This document shows, in pieces, positions 8,822-19,015 of a stretch of 64,000 bases of DNA (within the stretch, counting starts at the first letter, position 1; each line of letters opens with the position of its first letter). This DNA comes from a virus (lineage: Duplodnaviria; Caudoviricetes): IMG/VR virus record IMGVR_UViG_3300029305_005280, one strand, 5' to 3'. A model generated the notes under the pieces. The model was not told where the DNA came from and ran no database searches. It saw only the letters and a list, made by a program, of their open reading frames with translations. A program made the position numbers and the translations under genes.

Positions 8822-10231
8822 ATGAACTTACTAGAATCTTATAAAAATAGATTAGCGGTTAGTGAATCTGTTCATCAGAAATCACACAATGGTGCTCGTA
8901 TGAGCGCAGGTAAAAAGTTAATGATTGCTTCTGTTCTTAATAACACAAGCAGATTCATTAACGAAGCATTTGAAAACAGTGCAGCAACACAGAGAAGTGC
9001 TCTTGGCGATTATAAGAGATTTTGCTTAAATGTTTCTACTGTTGCACTTCCCAACCTAATTCTTCCTGAGTTAATGTTAACTCAACCTATGTCTTCTATT
9101 GCAGGTTATATCACATATTTAAGATATACTGCTGGTGTAAACAAAGGCGGAGTTGAAGCTGGCGATACTTTCAACAGTGTTTACAGACTTGGTAAGATGG
9201 ATGAAGACCGTGCTGGTTATACAGCTGATAAGATTGTTGAGACAATCACAGCAGAAACAGCAGGTGATACATTCACAGCAGCTTGGTCTCCTGTTTTAAG
9301 AGCACATGTTGTTAAGAAAGCAGACGGAAGCATTGTTGAGTTAGTTGTTGAAGATGGCAAAATCGTTGCAGAAGACAAAGACGGAAATGCTGTTACATTT
9401 GCAGAAGGTGATAAAGTTGCATACATTTATGACAACGTTATTATTCCTCAAGTTGGCGATGGCAAAAACGCTATTCCTACTCTTACAGCTGCAATGGATG
9501 TTATGGAACTTCATGCACACGCTCGTAGAATTGCTGTTTACTACAGCCAGATTGCTGCATTCCAAGCAAAAACCGATTATGGTTATGACATTGGTGAACA
9601 GTTAGCAACTCAGGCTCAAGGTGAACTTGCATACGAAATCGACACAGAAGGCGTATTCATGCTTTACAAAGGTGCTGAAGCTGATGACACACTTACATTC
9701 AATTCTTATGATGTTGAATTTGAGGGTGCTACAAACATCAACATTAGCCGTTCACAATACTACGAACAGTTCACTGAAATTCTTGCAAGAGCTAAGAAAG
9801 TTATTTACACAAGAACTCAGAAATTTGCTCCTAACTACATGGTATGCGGTGCAAATATTCTTACAATCCTTCCTTACTTACCAGGTTGGACAGCAGCTTC
9901 TGTTTCAACAGTAAACGGTCCTTACTTTGCAGGTACCGTTGATGGATTAAAAGTATTTGTTTCTCCTTCAATTGGTGAGAACGAATTCTTCTTCGGTGTT
10001 AATGGTTCTGACCTTCAGACTTCTGCAGGTGTATATGCTCCTTACATGGCAATTGTTCCTACACAGCTTCTTGGATTTGCTGATGGCACAATGAGCCAAG
10101 GTTTCTCAACAATGTATGATATGAAACTTCTTTCAACATACACTGGAAGCATTAAAGAAAACACTGCAAAAGATAGCAAAGATGGTACACATTCTTGGTT
10201 ACTTGTTGCAGGTAAACTTGTTACTGAATAA
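8822..10231 (+). CDS. Major capsid protein (T4 gp23-like)
   Basis: TQPMSSIAGYITYLRY, ELAYEIDTE, GVYAPYM motifs; follows protease; strong terminator downstream. Confidence 0.9.
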   Translation: MNLLESYKNRLAVSESVHQKSHNGARMSAGKKLMIASVLNNTSRFINEAFENSAATQRSALGDYKRFCLNVSTVALPNLILPELMLTQPMSSIAGYITYLRYTAGVNKGGVEAGDTFNSVYRLGKMDEDRAGYTADKIVETITAETAGDTFTAAWSPVLRAHVVKKADGSIVELVVEDGKIVAEDKDGNAVTFAEGDKVAYIYDNVIIPQVGDGKNAIPTLTAAMDVMELHAHARRIAVYYSQIAAFQAKTDYGYDIGEQLATQAQGELAYEIDTEGVFMLYKGAEADDTLTFNSYDVEFEGATNINISRSQYYEQFTEILARAKKVIYTRTQKFAPNYMVCGANILTILPYLPGWTAASVSTVNGPYFAGTVDGLKVFVSPSIGENEFFFGVNGSDLQTSAGVYAPYMAIVPTQLLGFADGTMSQGFSTMYDMKLLSTYTGSIKENTAKDSKDGTHSWLLVAGKLVTE

Positions 10232-10248
10232 GTATAACTAAATAATTC

Positions 10249-10285
10249 AATATTGCGTAGCTGAAATATGCTACGCAATATTTTT
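10249..10285 (+). terminator. Intrinsic terminator after capsid gene
   Basis: 13-bp stem aatattgcgtagc / gctacgcaatatt followed by T run. Confidence 0.85.
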
Positions 10286-10395
10286 GTATAATAAGGAAAG
10301 ATTTACAATGGTTATAGTTAATTGTATAAATGATTATATACGGTTATACTATAACCATTTTTATTTTATAATTCGCAAAGGAGAATGACACTAAA

Positions 10396-11106
10396 ATGAA
10401 TATGCGTGGTTATATTGATGAGATAAAATTAAGTGTTACTGGTGGCGTTCTCGAACTTGAAATTGGTGATGAAACACTAACACAGATTGTTAATTCAGCA
10501 ATGAGAGAAATGCAAAGATACATTTGTTCTACAAAAGTAGTCACTGTTCCTTATTCAAAATGCATTGATATGTCAAAACATAAAGTAAATGCAATTGCGA
10601 GAGTTTACAAGTCACAAGCAAATCAAAGCACTTCAGAAGTTAATCAATCAATAATCGACCCGATGATGGTTGGATTATGGCAACTAACATCAAGTGCAGG
10701 AAATATATATAATTTCAGTGACTATGTATCAAGATATGCCTCTTGGAGTACAATGCAACAAATTGGAAATACATTATCAACTGATTTAGCGTGGTATTAT
10801 GAAGACGCAGAAAAGCGCCTATATATAAATACTACATTAGATGAGGGTTCTGGTGTGACAATTGAGTATATTCCAAGATATGATAATGTAGAGGAAATAA
10901 CATCAGACTTCTGGATTGATGTTTTGATGCGATTATCAAAAGCATTAACTAAGATTACATTAGGTAGGATTAGAGGCAGATTTACGCAATCAAATGCTTT
11001 ATGGGCTCAAGATGCAGACACAATGCTTCAAGAAGGGCAAAGTGAACTTAATGAGTTAAGAGCATACTTGCAAAAAAATACGCAACTGCTATACCCACTT
11101 GATTAA
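10396..11106 (+). CDS. Neck/head-tail adaptor (T4 gp13-like)
   Basis: LELEI near N-terminus, KITLGRIRGRF...MLQEGQSEL near C-terminus; position after capsid. Confidence 0.6.
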   Translation: MNMRGYIDEIKLSVTGGVLELEIGDETLTQIVNSAMREMQRYICSTKVVTVPYSKCIDMSKHKVNAIARVYKSQANQSTSEVNQSIIDPMMVGLWQLTSSAGNIYNFSDYVSRYASWSTMQQIGNTLSTDLAWYYEDAEKRLYINTTLDEGSGVTIEYIPRYDNVEEITSDFWIDVLMRLSKALTKITLGRIRGRFTQSNALWAQDADTMLQEGQSELNELRAYLQKNTQLLYPLD

Positions 11107-11168
11107 AATTGTATTAACAAATGTTAGATAAAATGATATAAAATTTATGAGTAAGGAGAATTGTTCTT

Positions 11169-12491
11169 ATGAAGTTAACGGAAGCTTTTAAAGCACTTGA
11201 TGCTTTAAATGAAGATACTTTCTCAGTTTCTGATGACGGTATCTCTAAACTTGCAGCATTTGAGCAAAATGATGATTTGGTAGATGAAATATCAGTTATT
11301 GACCCTGAAGCAGAAACAGAAGAGGATATCAAAGATTCCTATGTAGGAAAAGTAATCCTTGATTGTAAAGTATGTCATTCAAAACTTTATAAAGATGCTG
11401 AAGAAATTGAATTAGATGAGGAACAAACATCAGCAAATGTTGGTGAAGAATGTCCTTATTGCTATACAACTGATGGCTTTGATATCATTGGACAAGTCGC
11501 AACATTTGGTGGCAAATTCGAAGAGGAAGAAGCACCTGTTGACGATGCAACTAAAACTAATGATAATGAAGATACCGATGATACTGCAGATAGTAAAGTA
11601 GATGAGAATCTAGTTGAAGGTATTGATGAAGCAGTTGCAACACTTGAAAGACCGATGTCTGCATTAGGTGGTACATTAAGTAATGTAATGACTGCTCACA
11701 AAGACGAGTTATCTCAAGTTTATGACAGACGTAGTGCAATTGAATTTCTTGATTCTATTGAGTCTGAAGTTAAGAATAAAGGATATCTTGCATCAATCAA
11801 AGATAAGGTTGCAAGAATTCCTGATAGCAGAGCTGTAATGTTCCTTTACAACATTATTTTAAAAGGTGATGGTATGGGAACTAAAATGGAATCTATCAAC
11901 GAAGATGTTAACAATGTAAATGTTGAAACTGATGATAGTGTTGTTAATGTTAATACAGATGACAACGGAAAAGTAACTGTTACAACACAACCAAAAGCAT
12001 CAGAAAATGAATCAAACAATGAAGTTATCGTTCCTGTAACTGACGAAACTCAAAATACTATTGAAAATGGTATTGAGCCTGTTGAGGACGAATTTGTTGA
12101 TGCTGAGTTTGATGGTTTTGATGAGGAAGCATTCGATGATTTAGGCGAAAGTTATCTAAAGAATGTTTATTCAAATGTTGACTCATATAAAACTGAAAAA
12201 GTAACAGTTAATGATTCAAATGTAATTGTTGAAGGTATGATTAAATTTGCTTCAGGAAATGAAAAGAAAACATCATTTATGTTTGAAGCAAAAGATTGTA
12301 CAAAGAGTGGTAAATATAGATTTATTGGTGAAAATCAACAACTAACTCGTGGTAAAAAAGCATTTACAATTACTGGTGGATTGAAAGATAAAAAGTTTAT
12401 TACTGAGTCGTTCAACTACAATTACAAGTCAAAGGATACCGACGGTAAATCTACTCGTATCTATGGTACATTAAAAAATAGAAAGGGTTGA
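11169..12491 (+). CDS. Acidic virion protein with Zn-ribbon (CKVC...CPYC); putative internal head protein
   Basis: ORF with RBS; repeated L/I-x-E motifs. Confidence 0.5.
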   Translation: MKLTEAFKALDALNEDTFSVSDDGISKLAAFEQNDDLVDEISVIDPEAETEEDIKDSYVGKVILDCKVCHSKLYKDAEEIELDEEQTSANVGEECPYCYTTDGFDIIGQVATFGGKFEEEEAPVDDATKTNDNEDTDDTADSKVDENLVEGIDEAVATLERPMSALGGTLSNVMTAHKDELSQVYDRRSAIEFLDSIESEVKNKGYLASIKDKVARIPDSRAVMFLYNIILKGDGMGTKMESINEDVNNVNVETDDSVVNVNTDDNGKVTVTTQPKASENESNNEVIVPVTDETQNTIENGIEPVEDEFVDAEFDGFDEEAFDDLGESYLKNVYSNVDSYKTEKVTVNDSNVIVEGMIKFASGNEKKTSFMFEAKDCTKSGKYRFIGENQQLTRGKKAFTITGGLKDKKFITESFNYNYKSKDTDGKSTRIYGTLKNRKG

Positions 12492-12498
12492 TTTAACA

Positions 12499-13932
12499 AT
12501 GAATCTAAAAAGAATAAATGAATCCTTTAAAAAGTTATATGAAGATAGCAAACCTTTTGCTGCAATCTATGATGGTGACTTAAAAACCGCACTTATGGAT
12601 GCAATGTATGGTTTACAAATGAAAGGCAACAATAATATTAAATCGTATGAAGTTGCTTTTCAAGATGTTATTGAGAAATTCTATCCTGAAAAATCATGGT
12701 GGGATGTTACGGACGTAAATATTTTCTGGAGTTTATTTGAAGGCAGAGACCCTGAAGCAACAATAAATGAAATTGTTAATAGCATCAAAGTTGAAGAAAC
12801 TCTTGATTTTGATGAAGAAGATTATGTTGGATGTGAAAAAGCATTACAAGAAGTCCTTGACCGTATGAACGAGGATACAATGTCTGATGAAGATAAAGCT
12901 GATAGTGATTTAATTAGAGGTATGCTTCAAAAGATGAAAGCTCGTTCAAATGCTGCATTTACTCCAGAAGAAAAAGCAGTTATGAATAAGTATGGTATCA
13001 CAAGAAATAACTGGGATAGAACTCTCAATGTTGATGGAAGACCTTTGAATAGAGATGTTGATACTATCTCGAGAGACAGCTATTATAGTACTGGATTTAG
13101 TAATGGGACTCCATCAAAGATTAACTATGCGGATAGAGCTCGTAAATTACCTCAAAGAAAAAGAACTCAAATATTTGATGGTCCTTGGACCGCAGATAAT
13201 GATGACATAAATGCTCATGGCGGTGGAAGAACTCGTCTTAACGGTTTACAAGATGCAGAAAGATATTCTCAAGAAATTCCTATGCGTGATAAAATCACTA
13301 ATATGAAGAATGCATTAAGAGACCGCAAGTGGGCTCAGTCAAAGATTGATAATGCTGATGCTGAAAGAGAAAGAAGAATGGCAGCAGCTCAAGCAGTCTT
13401 TGATAAAGCAAAAAGAGATGCCGACAGAAGTTATGAATATGACACAGTTGATTCTGCAAAAAGTAGAGACAGAGCACAAGCAGAAATTGATAATATGTTA
13501 AAGAGAAAGAAAGAATCTTTAACTGAAGATTTAACATCTATTATTGATGAATTGAAAACTGCTCTTGATGCAAAGGGTATTGTGTTAAATCCTGCAGAGT
13601 GCTCACTTGAAGATGCAGCTGAGTATATTGAAATCAGCCGAGAAGCATTGGGTGAATATACTGTTGAAGATTGGATTAAAGACACACAAGATAATTATCC
13701 GGAAACTTTTACTGAGTCAATGAATGAGTCTGTGGATAAACATTTTAAAGTTACTTATGATAGCAATGGTGTTTATTCCGCCGTGATGGTTAAAGCTAAC
13801 TCTGAGGATGAAGCAAAAGAAATCTACATGCAGATAAAAGGTCAAAAATATCCAAAAGTAGCAGGAGTTGTTCCAATGAGCGAATGGGAAGTAAAAGACT
13901 ACACAAAGCGTGGAATGAGCTGCTTGAATTAA
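12499..13932 (+). CDS. Multi-segment hypothetical protein; putative internal head protein
   Basis: ORF; segments separated by INE, LYE, MNE, LTE motifs. Confidence 0.45.
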   Translation: MNLKRINESFKKLYEDSKPFAAIYDGDLKTALMDAMYGLQMKGNNNIKSYEVAFQDVIEKFYPEKSWWDVTDVNIFWSLFEGRDPEATINEIVNSIKVEETLDFDEEDYVGCEKALQEVLDRMNEDTMSDEDKADSDLIRGMLQKMKARSNAAFTPEEKAVMNKYGITRNNWDRTLNVDGRPLNRDVDTISRDSYYSTGFSNGTPSKINYADRARKLPQRKRTQIFDGPWTADNDDINAHGGGRTRLNGLQDAERYSQEIPMRDKITNMKNALRDRKWAQSKIDNADAERERRMAAAQAVFDKAKRDADRSYEYDTVDSAKSRDRAQAEIDNMLKRKKESLTEDLTSIIDELKTALDAKGIVLNPAECSLEDAAEYIEISREALGEYTVEDWIKDTQDNYPETFTESMNESVDKHFKVTYDSNGVYSAVMVKANSEDEAKEIYMQIKGQKYPKVAGVVPMSEWEVKDYTKRGMSCLN

Positions 13933-13954
13933 GCAATTTGTTAGGAGGTATCAT

Positions 13955-14458
13955 ATGAATACAGAAAATAAATATGGTATACTTCTTACACCTGATATAA
14001 AATTACATAGATTATATTTCAAAGAAATGGTTAAGCTGCTTGGTATAAATGTTATATATCGAGCAGTTAAGCCAGGTAAGAAATATACGACATATAGTGA
14101 AATTGATGCAAATTTTGAAGCACCTTTATTAGAAGGTTGCATATTTGATGAGCACCCAACACAGCAAACACTTAAAAAGATTGGTTGGGTAAGTGAGTTA
14201 CAACAAAATTCTTCAATAATTCATGTTAGGTATGACCTGCCTGGATTAGAACAAGGAGCATTGTTTATTGTACCAAGCGGTATTGATGATGCTAAAGGAA
14301 GATTATTTAGAGTTGTGAGACTTACAAATAGCATTGTTTATCCTGCATCAATTACTTGTGAGATAGTTCCTGAGTATGAAAATACTTATGAAGAATCTCT
14401 AAATAATTTCAAAGACACATCATTCAATTTATTAAATGAGGAGGATTATCGGCTATGA
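13955..14458 (+). CDS. Head completion/neck protein (gp14-like)
   Basis: FKEMVKLLGINVIY, LKKIGW, GRLFRVV pattern; position. Confidence 0.5.
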   Translation: MNTENKYGILLTPDIKLHRLYFKEMVKLLGINVIYRAVKPGKKYTTYSEIDANFEAPLLEGCIFDEHPTQQTLKKIGWVSELQQNSSIIHVRYDLPGLEQGALFIVPSGIDDAKGRLFRVVRLTNSIVYPASITCEIVPEYENTYEESLNNFKDTSFNLLNEEDYRL

Positions 14459-15276
14459 GATTTCTAATGTTTGAAGATTTTCCTCAAATAACTGATAAAG
14501 ATATTGAAAAATGGAAAACTGCTGATGATAAGCAGCGTGGTAAGATGGTAAGTAATATTCTTAAATCTTACAATCAAGAAGAATTAAATAACATTAGACC
14601 ATCAATAAGAAAGAGTTTCTATCGTTATGGTATTGACCCCGATAAAAATCCTTTCATTCCGTTTTTTGATGCTTTAGCAGAAACAAACAATATTACAAAG
14701 GATTATGATAACCTTGTATCTGTAATGATTGATTTAGTAGAGAAGGGTGAAATCAAGGTTGACCCTAATTATCAGTATGAGTATCAATTAAATCCTTCCT
14801 TATGGAATAGAACAAAAGAAGATTTTATCTACACCCTTAGGGCTTTTGATATTGTTCTCGATAAAAATAAGATAAAAAAGTATTTCAAAGATACTGAATT
14901 TATTGATGTTTCTGAATTTTTTCTTAAAGACGGTTCAATCAAACCCGCAGGGTCCGAAGCAACTTCATTTGATGAAGGTACAATCTTTGGAACAATCGAA
15001 TCTTGGAGTTTAGGCGGTGGCAATGACAAAGACCCCGAAGACAGTAAGTCCAAAGAAAAGATTGATGATGTAGAAAAAAGAAAAATCATGAAAAAACATC
15101 GTTATGGTTCACTAGACGAAATAAAGAATCCAAATAAAGGTATGAGAGTTTTTGTTAACGCAGCTTCTCATATCAGTGATGGTCCTAACAACTCGGACGA
15201 ATGGATGACAAGAGGTCAAGGTTTTTATGAGTGGGATGGCAAAAAGTGGGTCAAGATTGGAGAGCCGTTACGGTGA
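14455..15276 (+). CDS. Hypothetical protein
   Basis: ORF overlapping upstream stop (ATGA). Confidence 0.5.
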   Translation: MRFLMFEDFPQITDKDIEKWKTADDKQRGKMVSNILKSYNQEELNNIRPSIRKSFYRYGIDPDKNPFIPFFDALAETNNITKDYDNLVSVMIDLVEKGEIKVDPNYQYEYQLNPSLWNRTKEDFIYTLRAFDIVLDKNKIKKYFKDTEFIDVSEFFLKDGSIKPAGSEATSFDEGTIFGTIESWSLGGGNDKDPEDSKSKEKIDDVEKRKIMKKHRYGSLDEIKNPNKGMRVFVNAASHISDGPNNSDEWMTRGQGFYEWDGKKWVKIGEPLR

Positions 15277-15710
15277 CATTCAGTATTGATAAGAATATTG
15301 ATTTTACTGATGATTTTGTTGAATGGCTTTTAGAGCATATTCGTTATAGATTGTTATCTTATGTAAAACCAAGAAAATTACAAAGATTAAAACAGCATAT
15401 TATCAATGATAATCCTTTTGAATTAAGTCAAAAAGAGTTAAATGCATTGAATGTTGATAGTGTATTGATTTATGGTATTAAGCATTTGAGGTATAAAGAA
15501 GTTAAGTCGCATTATATTTTTTATATTGATGATAATCTTATTGTAAAGAATACAAATAATTTAAAGGTTTGCACTTTATGTAAACTTATAAATTACGGCG
15601 ATTTAAAGGTTAGAGGGTACCCAATATTTAGTAATACATTCAAATTTGTTGCAGCCAATGTGACAAGGTATTACACCCAATATATTGAACAGTTGTTAGG
15701 AGGTATATAA
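15273..15710 (+). CDS. Hypothetical protein (neck region)
   Basis: GTG start overlapping upstream TGA with GGAG RBS (track start 15231). Confidence 0.5.
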   Translation: MTFSIDKNIDFTDDFVEWLLEHIRYRLLSYVKPRKLQRLKQHIINDNPFELSQKELNALNVDSVLIYGIKHLRYKEVKSHYIFYIDDNLIVKNTNNLKVCTLCKLINYGDLKVRGYPIFSNTFKFVAANVTRYYTQYIEQLLGGI

Positions 15711-16336
15711 TGTCCGTTGGTTTATACGATGATGCATTTTTAAAGAAATTGCAAGCGTGGACGAAAGATACCGCTGTCACAATTGTAAGCCCTAGTGACT
15801 CAAGACGTTTGTTTGAAACTATCGCAGATAACACAAACGATAAACCCATACAGTTGCCTCTTATTTCATTGAAAAGACCCGGTGGATTCACAATATTGAA
15901 CACAGGTAAGAGACCGTTAACTTTTGATGGTGCAACTTTGGATGCAACATATGAGCGAGCAAGTCAATTAAATGCTATACCCATTAGTATTCCTTATCAA
16001 TTAGATGTATATACTCGATATCAGCAGGAAGCTGATGAATATATTAGAAACCTTGTATTTAATATTATAAATTATCCAAAACTTGATATTGTTATTCCTT
16101 ATAATAATGAGAACTACGTTCATCATTCAAATATAAGATTAGCGGGAGAAGTGGACGATAATTCAGATATACCAGAGCGTTTAATTTCTGGGCAGTTTGT
16201 GAGAATGTCAATGAGAATAGATATTGATGATGCATACCTATTCGATGTAAGGTACAGAGATGTTTATGCTATTGAATTAGCAACCGAAGTACGAGAAGAC
16301 ATTGTTGAGGATTCAAAGACAATAAAAATAGTTTAA
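15710..16336 (+). CDS. Tail terminator/sheath stabiliser (T4 gp15-like)
   Basis: LPLISL...PISIPYQLDVYT...EADEYIRNL pattern; immediately before sheath. Confidence 0.65.
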   Translation: MSVGLYDDAFLKKLQAWTKDTAVTIVSPSDSRRLFETIADNTNDKPIQLPLISLKRPGGFTILNTGKRPLTFDGATLDATYERASQLNAIPISIPYQLDVYTRYQQEADEYIRNLVFNIINYPKLDIVIPYNNENYVHHSNIRLAGEVDDNSDIPERLISGQFVRMSMRIDIDDAYLFDVRYRDVYAIELATEVREDIVEDSKTIKIV

Positions 16337-16349
16337 AGGAGTTATTTAG

Positions 16350-18332
16350 ATGCCTAAGATTGTAATTACAGAAATTGATAATACTACTCCTGGCGTGTTA
16401 GATGAAGACTTTGACGTTGTTTATATCCCTGGTTTTGTTGATACAACTCAATCATGTTTATACAACAACAATGGTGATTATGTAGGTCTTGAACCTCGTG
16501 TTCCTACTTTATTCACTTCTGTTTCAACATTTACATCAAGATGTGGTACTGCTCCTGCAAAGTTCTCAAGTAGACAAGATTACAGAAGTTTAAATACTGC
16601 AGCAACTCAGGGATTTGCTTCCGACGCAGTTCCTTATGATTATGTAATGTTTGAAGCCGGTGAATATGACCCTTCATACATCATGGCAAAAGAACTTCTT
16701 TCCGCAGGATTAAATGTTGTTTATGAAAGAATCAATCCTGACGAATTAACAACAGACGTTACAGTAAATGGTGACGCCCTTGTTCCTGCATTTGATTCAA
16801 CTGCAACATATAAAGTTGAAAAAGTTATCTATAAAACAATTAGCGGTGCAATTGCACCTAGTTTATATACACACTTTGACGAGCGTGTAGCATTTAATAC
16901 AAGTGCTACTTATTATGTTCTTGTTGAAGGTGCTTATGTTGAGAAGACTGGTCAAGCAATTGTTGATGAATATACAGAGCAACACGGTGGAGAGATGCAA
17001 GGCTTTGATGCATTCTATGCACTTGATGCAGAGGTTGATGGCGACACAACAACATATTATGTTGATGCAGAGTCAGAGCTGTATACATTAGCAAAATTCT
17101 ATGCTTTAACTGCACTTGAAGGTGTAACCGGTTCATCAATCAATGGTGATGTTTTAACACTTGTAGATGGAATTGAAACCGTTAAGCAGATGTCACTCTA
17201 TCCATTAACTAAATTACCTGATGATTGGAACACACAATACTACTTAACTTATTATGAGCCAGTTAAAACTCTTACAGCGGTTAAAGAGGAAAGTGGTAAA
17301 ACTATTCAGGAACAAGTTAAATCTGCAATTACTGCGGGAAATAAAGTTACTGTAAATGTTCCAACTGTTTCTATTGCAGTTATGTACAATACTTTACCAA
17401 GTGTATTTGATACATCAGCAAGAGATGGTTTAGCTGATAAAGGTAACTACAGCATCAAGTATTTAACATCAGGCGGATATCCTGTTTACGAATACAACAA
17501 TGGTTCACTTGTTACTGCAATGTTAAATCTTGCAGAGAATAGAGGAGATTGCGTTGCAATCATTGACCACACAGATAATCTTTACAGAGAGTCAAATATT
17601 GACCTACCTGGCAGCGTTTACTATGCAGTTAAGAATGATGTTTCTCTTGAGGGTAAAGGCGATTTTGGTACAATGTTTACTCCCTGGGCTCTTTATAATA
17701 GAACCACATCAGATAAAAATGGTAATGAAGTTATTCCAAGTACTTCAATTAGAATGAGCGGTGGATATGCTTATCTTGTTGCATTAGCCGATTCAATCAA
17801 AACTAATGCACCTTGGTTAGCAGTCGCTGGTTCCGCAAGAGGTTCTGTTCAAAATCTTGCACAGAATGGAATGACAACAAATATTCCAAATGGTGCAGCA
17901 GATGCAATGCAGCCTCGTTCCGATGGAATTGCAATAAATGCAATTACAAATATTAAACCTTATGGATACACAATCTGGGGCAATAGAACACTTAAAAAGA
18001 ATGAAGAAAATCTTGTTGCTACATCATTCTTAAATGTTAGAAACCTCGTTAGTGATGTTAAGAAAGTATGTTATAGAGCAGCTCGTAAGTTGACCTTTGA
18101 GCAGAACAATGATATTCTTTGGATTAACTTTAAAGCAGAAATTGCTCCTACACTTGACAGAATGGTATCAGGCTATGGTTTAAGTGGTTATAAGCTAGTA
18201 AGAGATACTGAACACGAAAGAGCAGCTGAAAAAGCAACTTTATGTGCAAAGATTTTCTTATATCCTGTATATCCTGTAGAAGATTTCTACGTAACAATCA
18301 TTCTACAAGATGACGAAATAAGCGTAGAATAA
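16350..18332 (+). CDS. Tail sheath protein
   Basis: RGDCVAIID, PWLAVAGSARG, INAI, IWGNRTL, LNVRNL, FEQNN sheath motifs. Confidence 0.92.
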   Translation: MPKIVITEIDNTTPGVLDEDFDVVYIPGFVDTTQSCLYNNNGDYVGLEPRVPTLFTSVSTFTSRCGTAPAKFSSRQDYRSLNTAATQGFASDAVPYDYVMFEAGEYDPSYIMAKELLSAGLNVVYERINPDELTTDVTVNGDALVPAFDSTATYKVEKVIYKTISGAIAPSLYTHFDERVAFNTSATYYVLVEGAYVEKTGQAIVDEYTEQHGGEMQGFDAFYALDAEVDGDTTTYYVDAESELYTLAKFYALTALEGVTGSSINGDVLTLVDGIETVKQMSLYPLTKLPDDWNTQYYLTYYEPVKTLTAVKEESGKTIQEQVKSAITAGNKVTVNVPTVSIAVMYNTLPSVFDTSARDGLADKGNYSIKYLTSGGYPVYEYNNGSLVTAMLNLAENRGDCVAIIDHTDNLYRESNIDLPGSVYYAVKNDVSLEGKGDFGTMFTPWALYNRTTSDKNGNEVIPSTSIRMSGGYAYLVALADSIKTNAPWLAVAGSARGSVQNLAQNGMTTNIPNGAADAMQPRSDGIAINAITNIKPYGYTIWGNRTLKKNEENLVATSFLNVRNLVSDVKKVCYRAARKLTFEQNNDILWINFKAEIAPTLDRMVSGYGLSGYKLVRDTEHERAAEKATLCAKIFLYPVYPVEDFYVTIILQDDEISVE

Positions 18333-18351
18333 TTAGAAGGGAGATTATACA

Positions 18352-18936
18352 ATGGCTTCAACACAAATTGGTACTTATCATTTAGCTGACAATCCTCAGT
18401 TATTTGAAGTTCAAAGACAAAATAACTTTGAGTTTGTTGTTACTGACATTGATGGTATTATTAGGGCAGGTGCTCTTGGTACTGAGTCAAATGCAAAAAT
18501 CAACAATGCTCAAGAGATGCTTAGATTATCAGTTACTAAAGCATTTGTTCCTCACTTCACACAGGAAGTTGTTAATATCAAGCGTGGTAACAGCACATTA
18601 AAGTATGCAGGTGTTCCTTCATTCCCTGAAGGCTCAATTGACTTCAATGACTATATTGGTGCTGATATCAAGTCAATTCTTAAAGCTTGGCAGAACCTTT
18701 CTTATAATGTAAGAACTGAAAAAGTTGGTTCACTTGATGTTACAAATTACAAGAAAGATTGTTACTTAATTGAGTACACACCTGATTACAGAAAAGTAAG
18801 AACCTGGAGATTTTATGGTTGTTGGATTTCTTCTTTAAGTGAAGGAGAGTACACATCAGATAGCGGTGACAAGCATCAAATTTCTTGTACTATTCAGTAT
18901 GATAGAGCTGAAATTGATTTAAGTGAAGTTATCTAA
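18352..18936 (+). CDS. Tail tube protein (T4 gp19-like)
   Basis: RQNNFEF, KYAG, YKKD, W-x-FYGCW, TIQYD motifs; follows sheath. Confidence 0.88.
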   Translation: MASTQIGTYHLADNPQLFEVQRQNNFEFVVTDIDGIIRAGALGTESNAKINNAQEMLRLSVTKAFVPHFTQEVVNIKRGNSTLKYAGVPSFPEGSIDFNDYIGADIKSILKAWQNLSYNVRTEKVGSLDVTNYKKDCYLIEYTPDYRKVRTWRFYGCWISSLSEGEYTSDSGDKHQISCTIQYDRAEIDLSEVI

Positions 18937-18959
18937 GACAACTTAATATAATTGTATTT

Positions 18960-18995
18960 AATAGTGAAGAGATGTTTTGTCTCTTCACTATTTTA
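18960..18995 (+). terminator. Intrinsic terminator after tail tube gene
   Basis: 13-bp stem aatagtgaagaga / tctcttcactatt plus T run. Confidence 0.8.
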
Positions 18996-19015
18996 GTTTA
19001 TAACGAGGTGACGGT

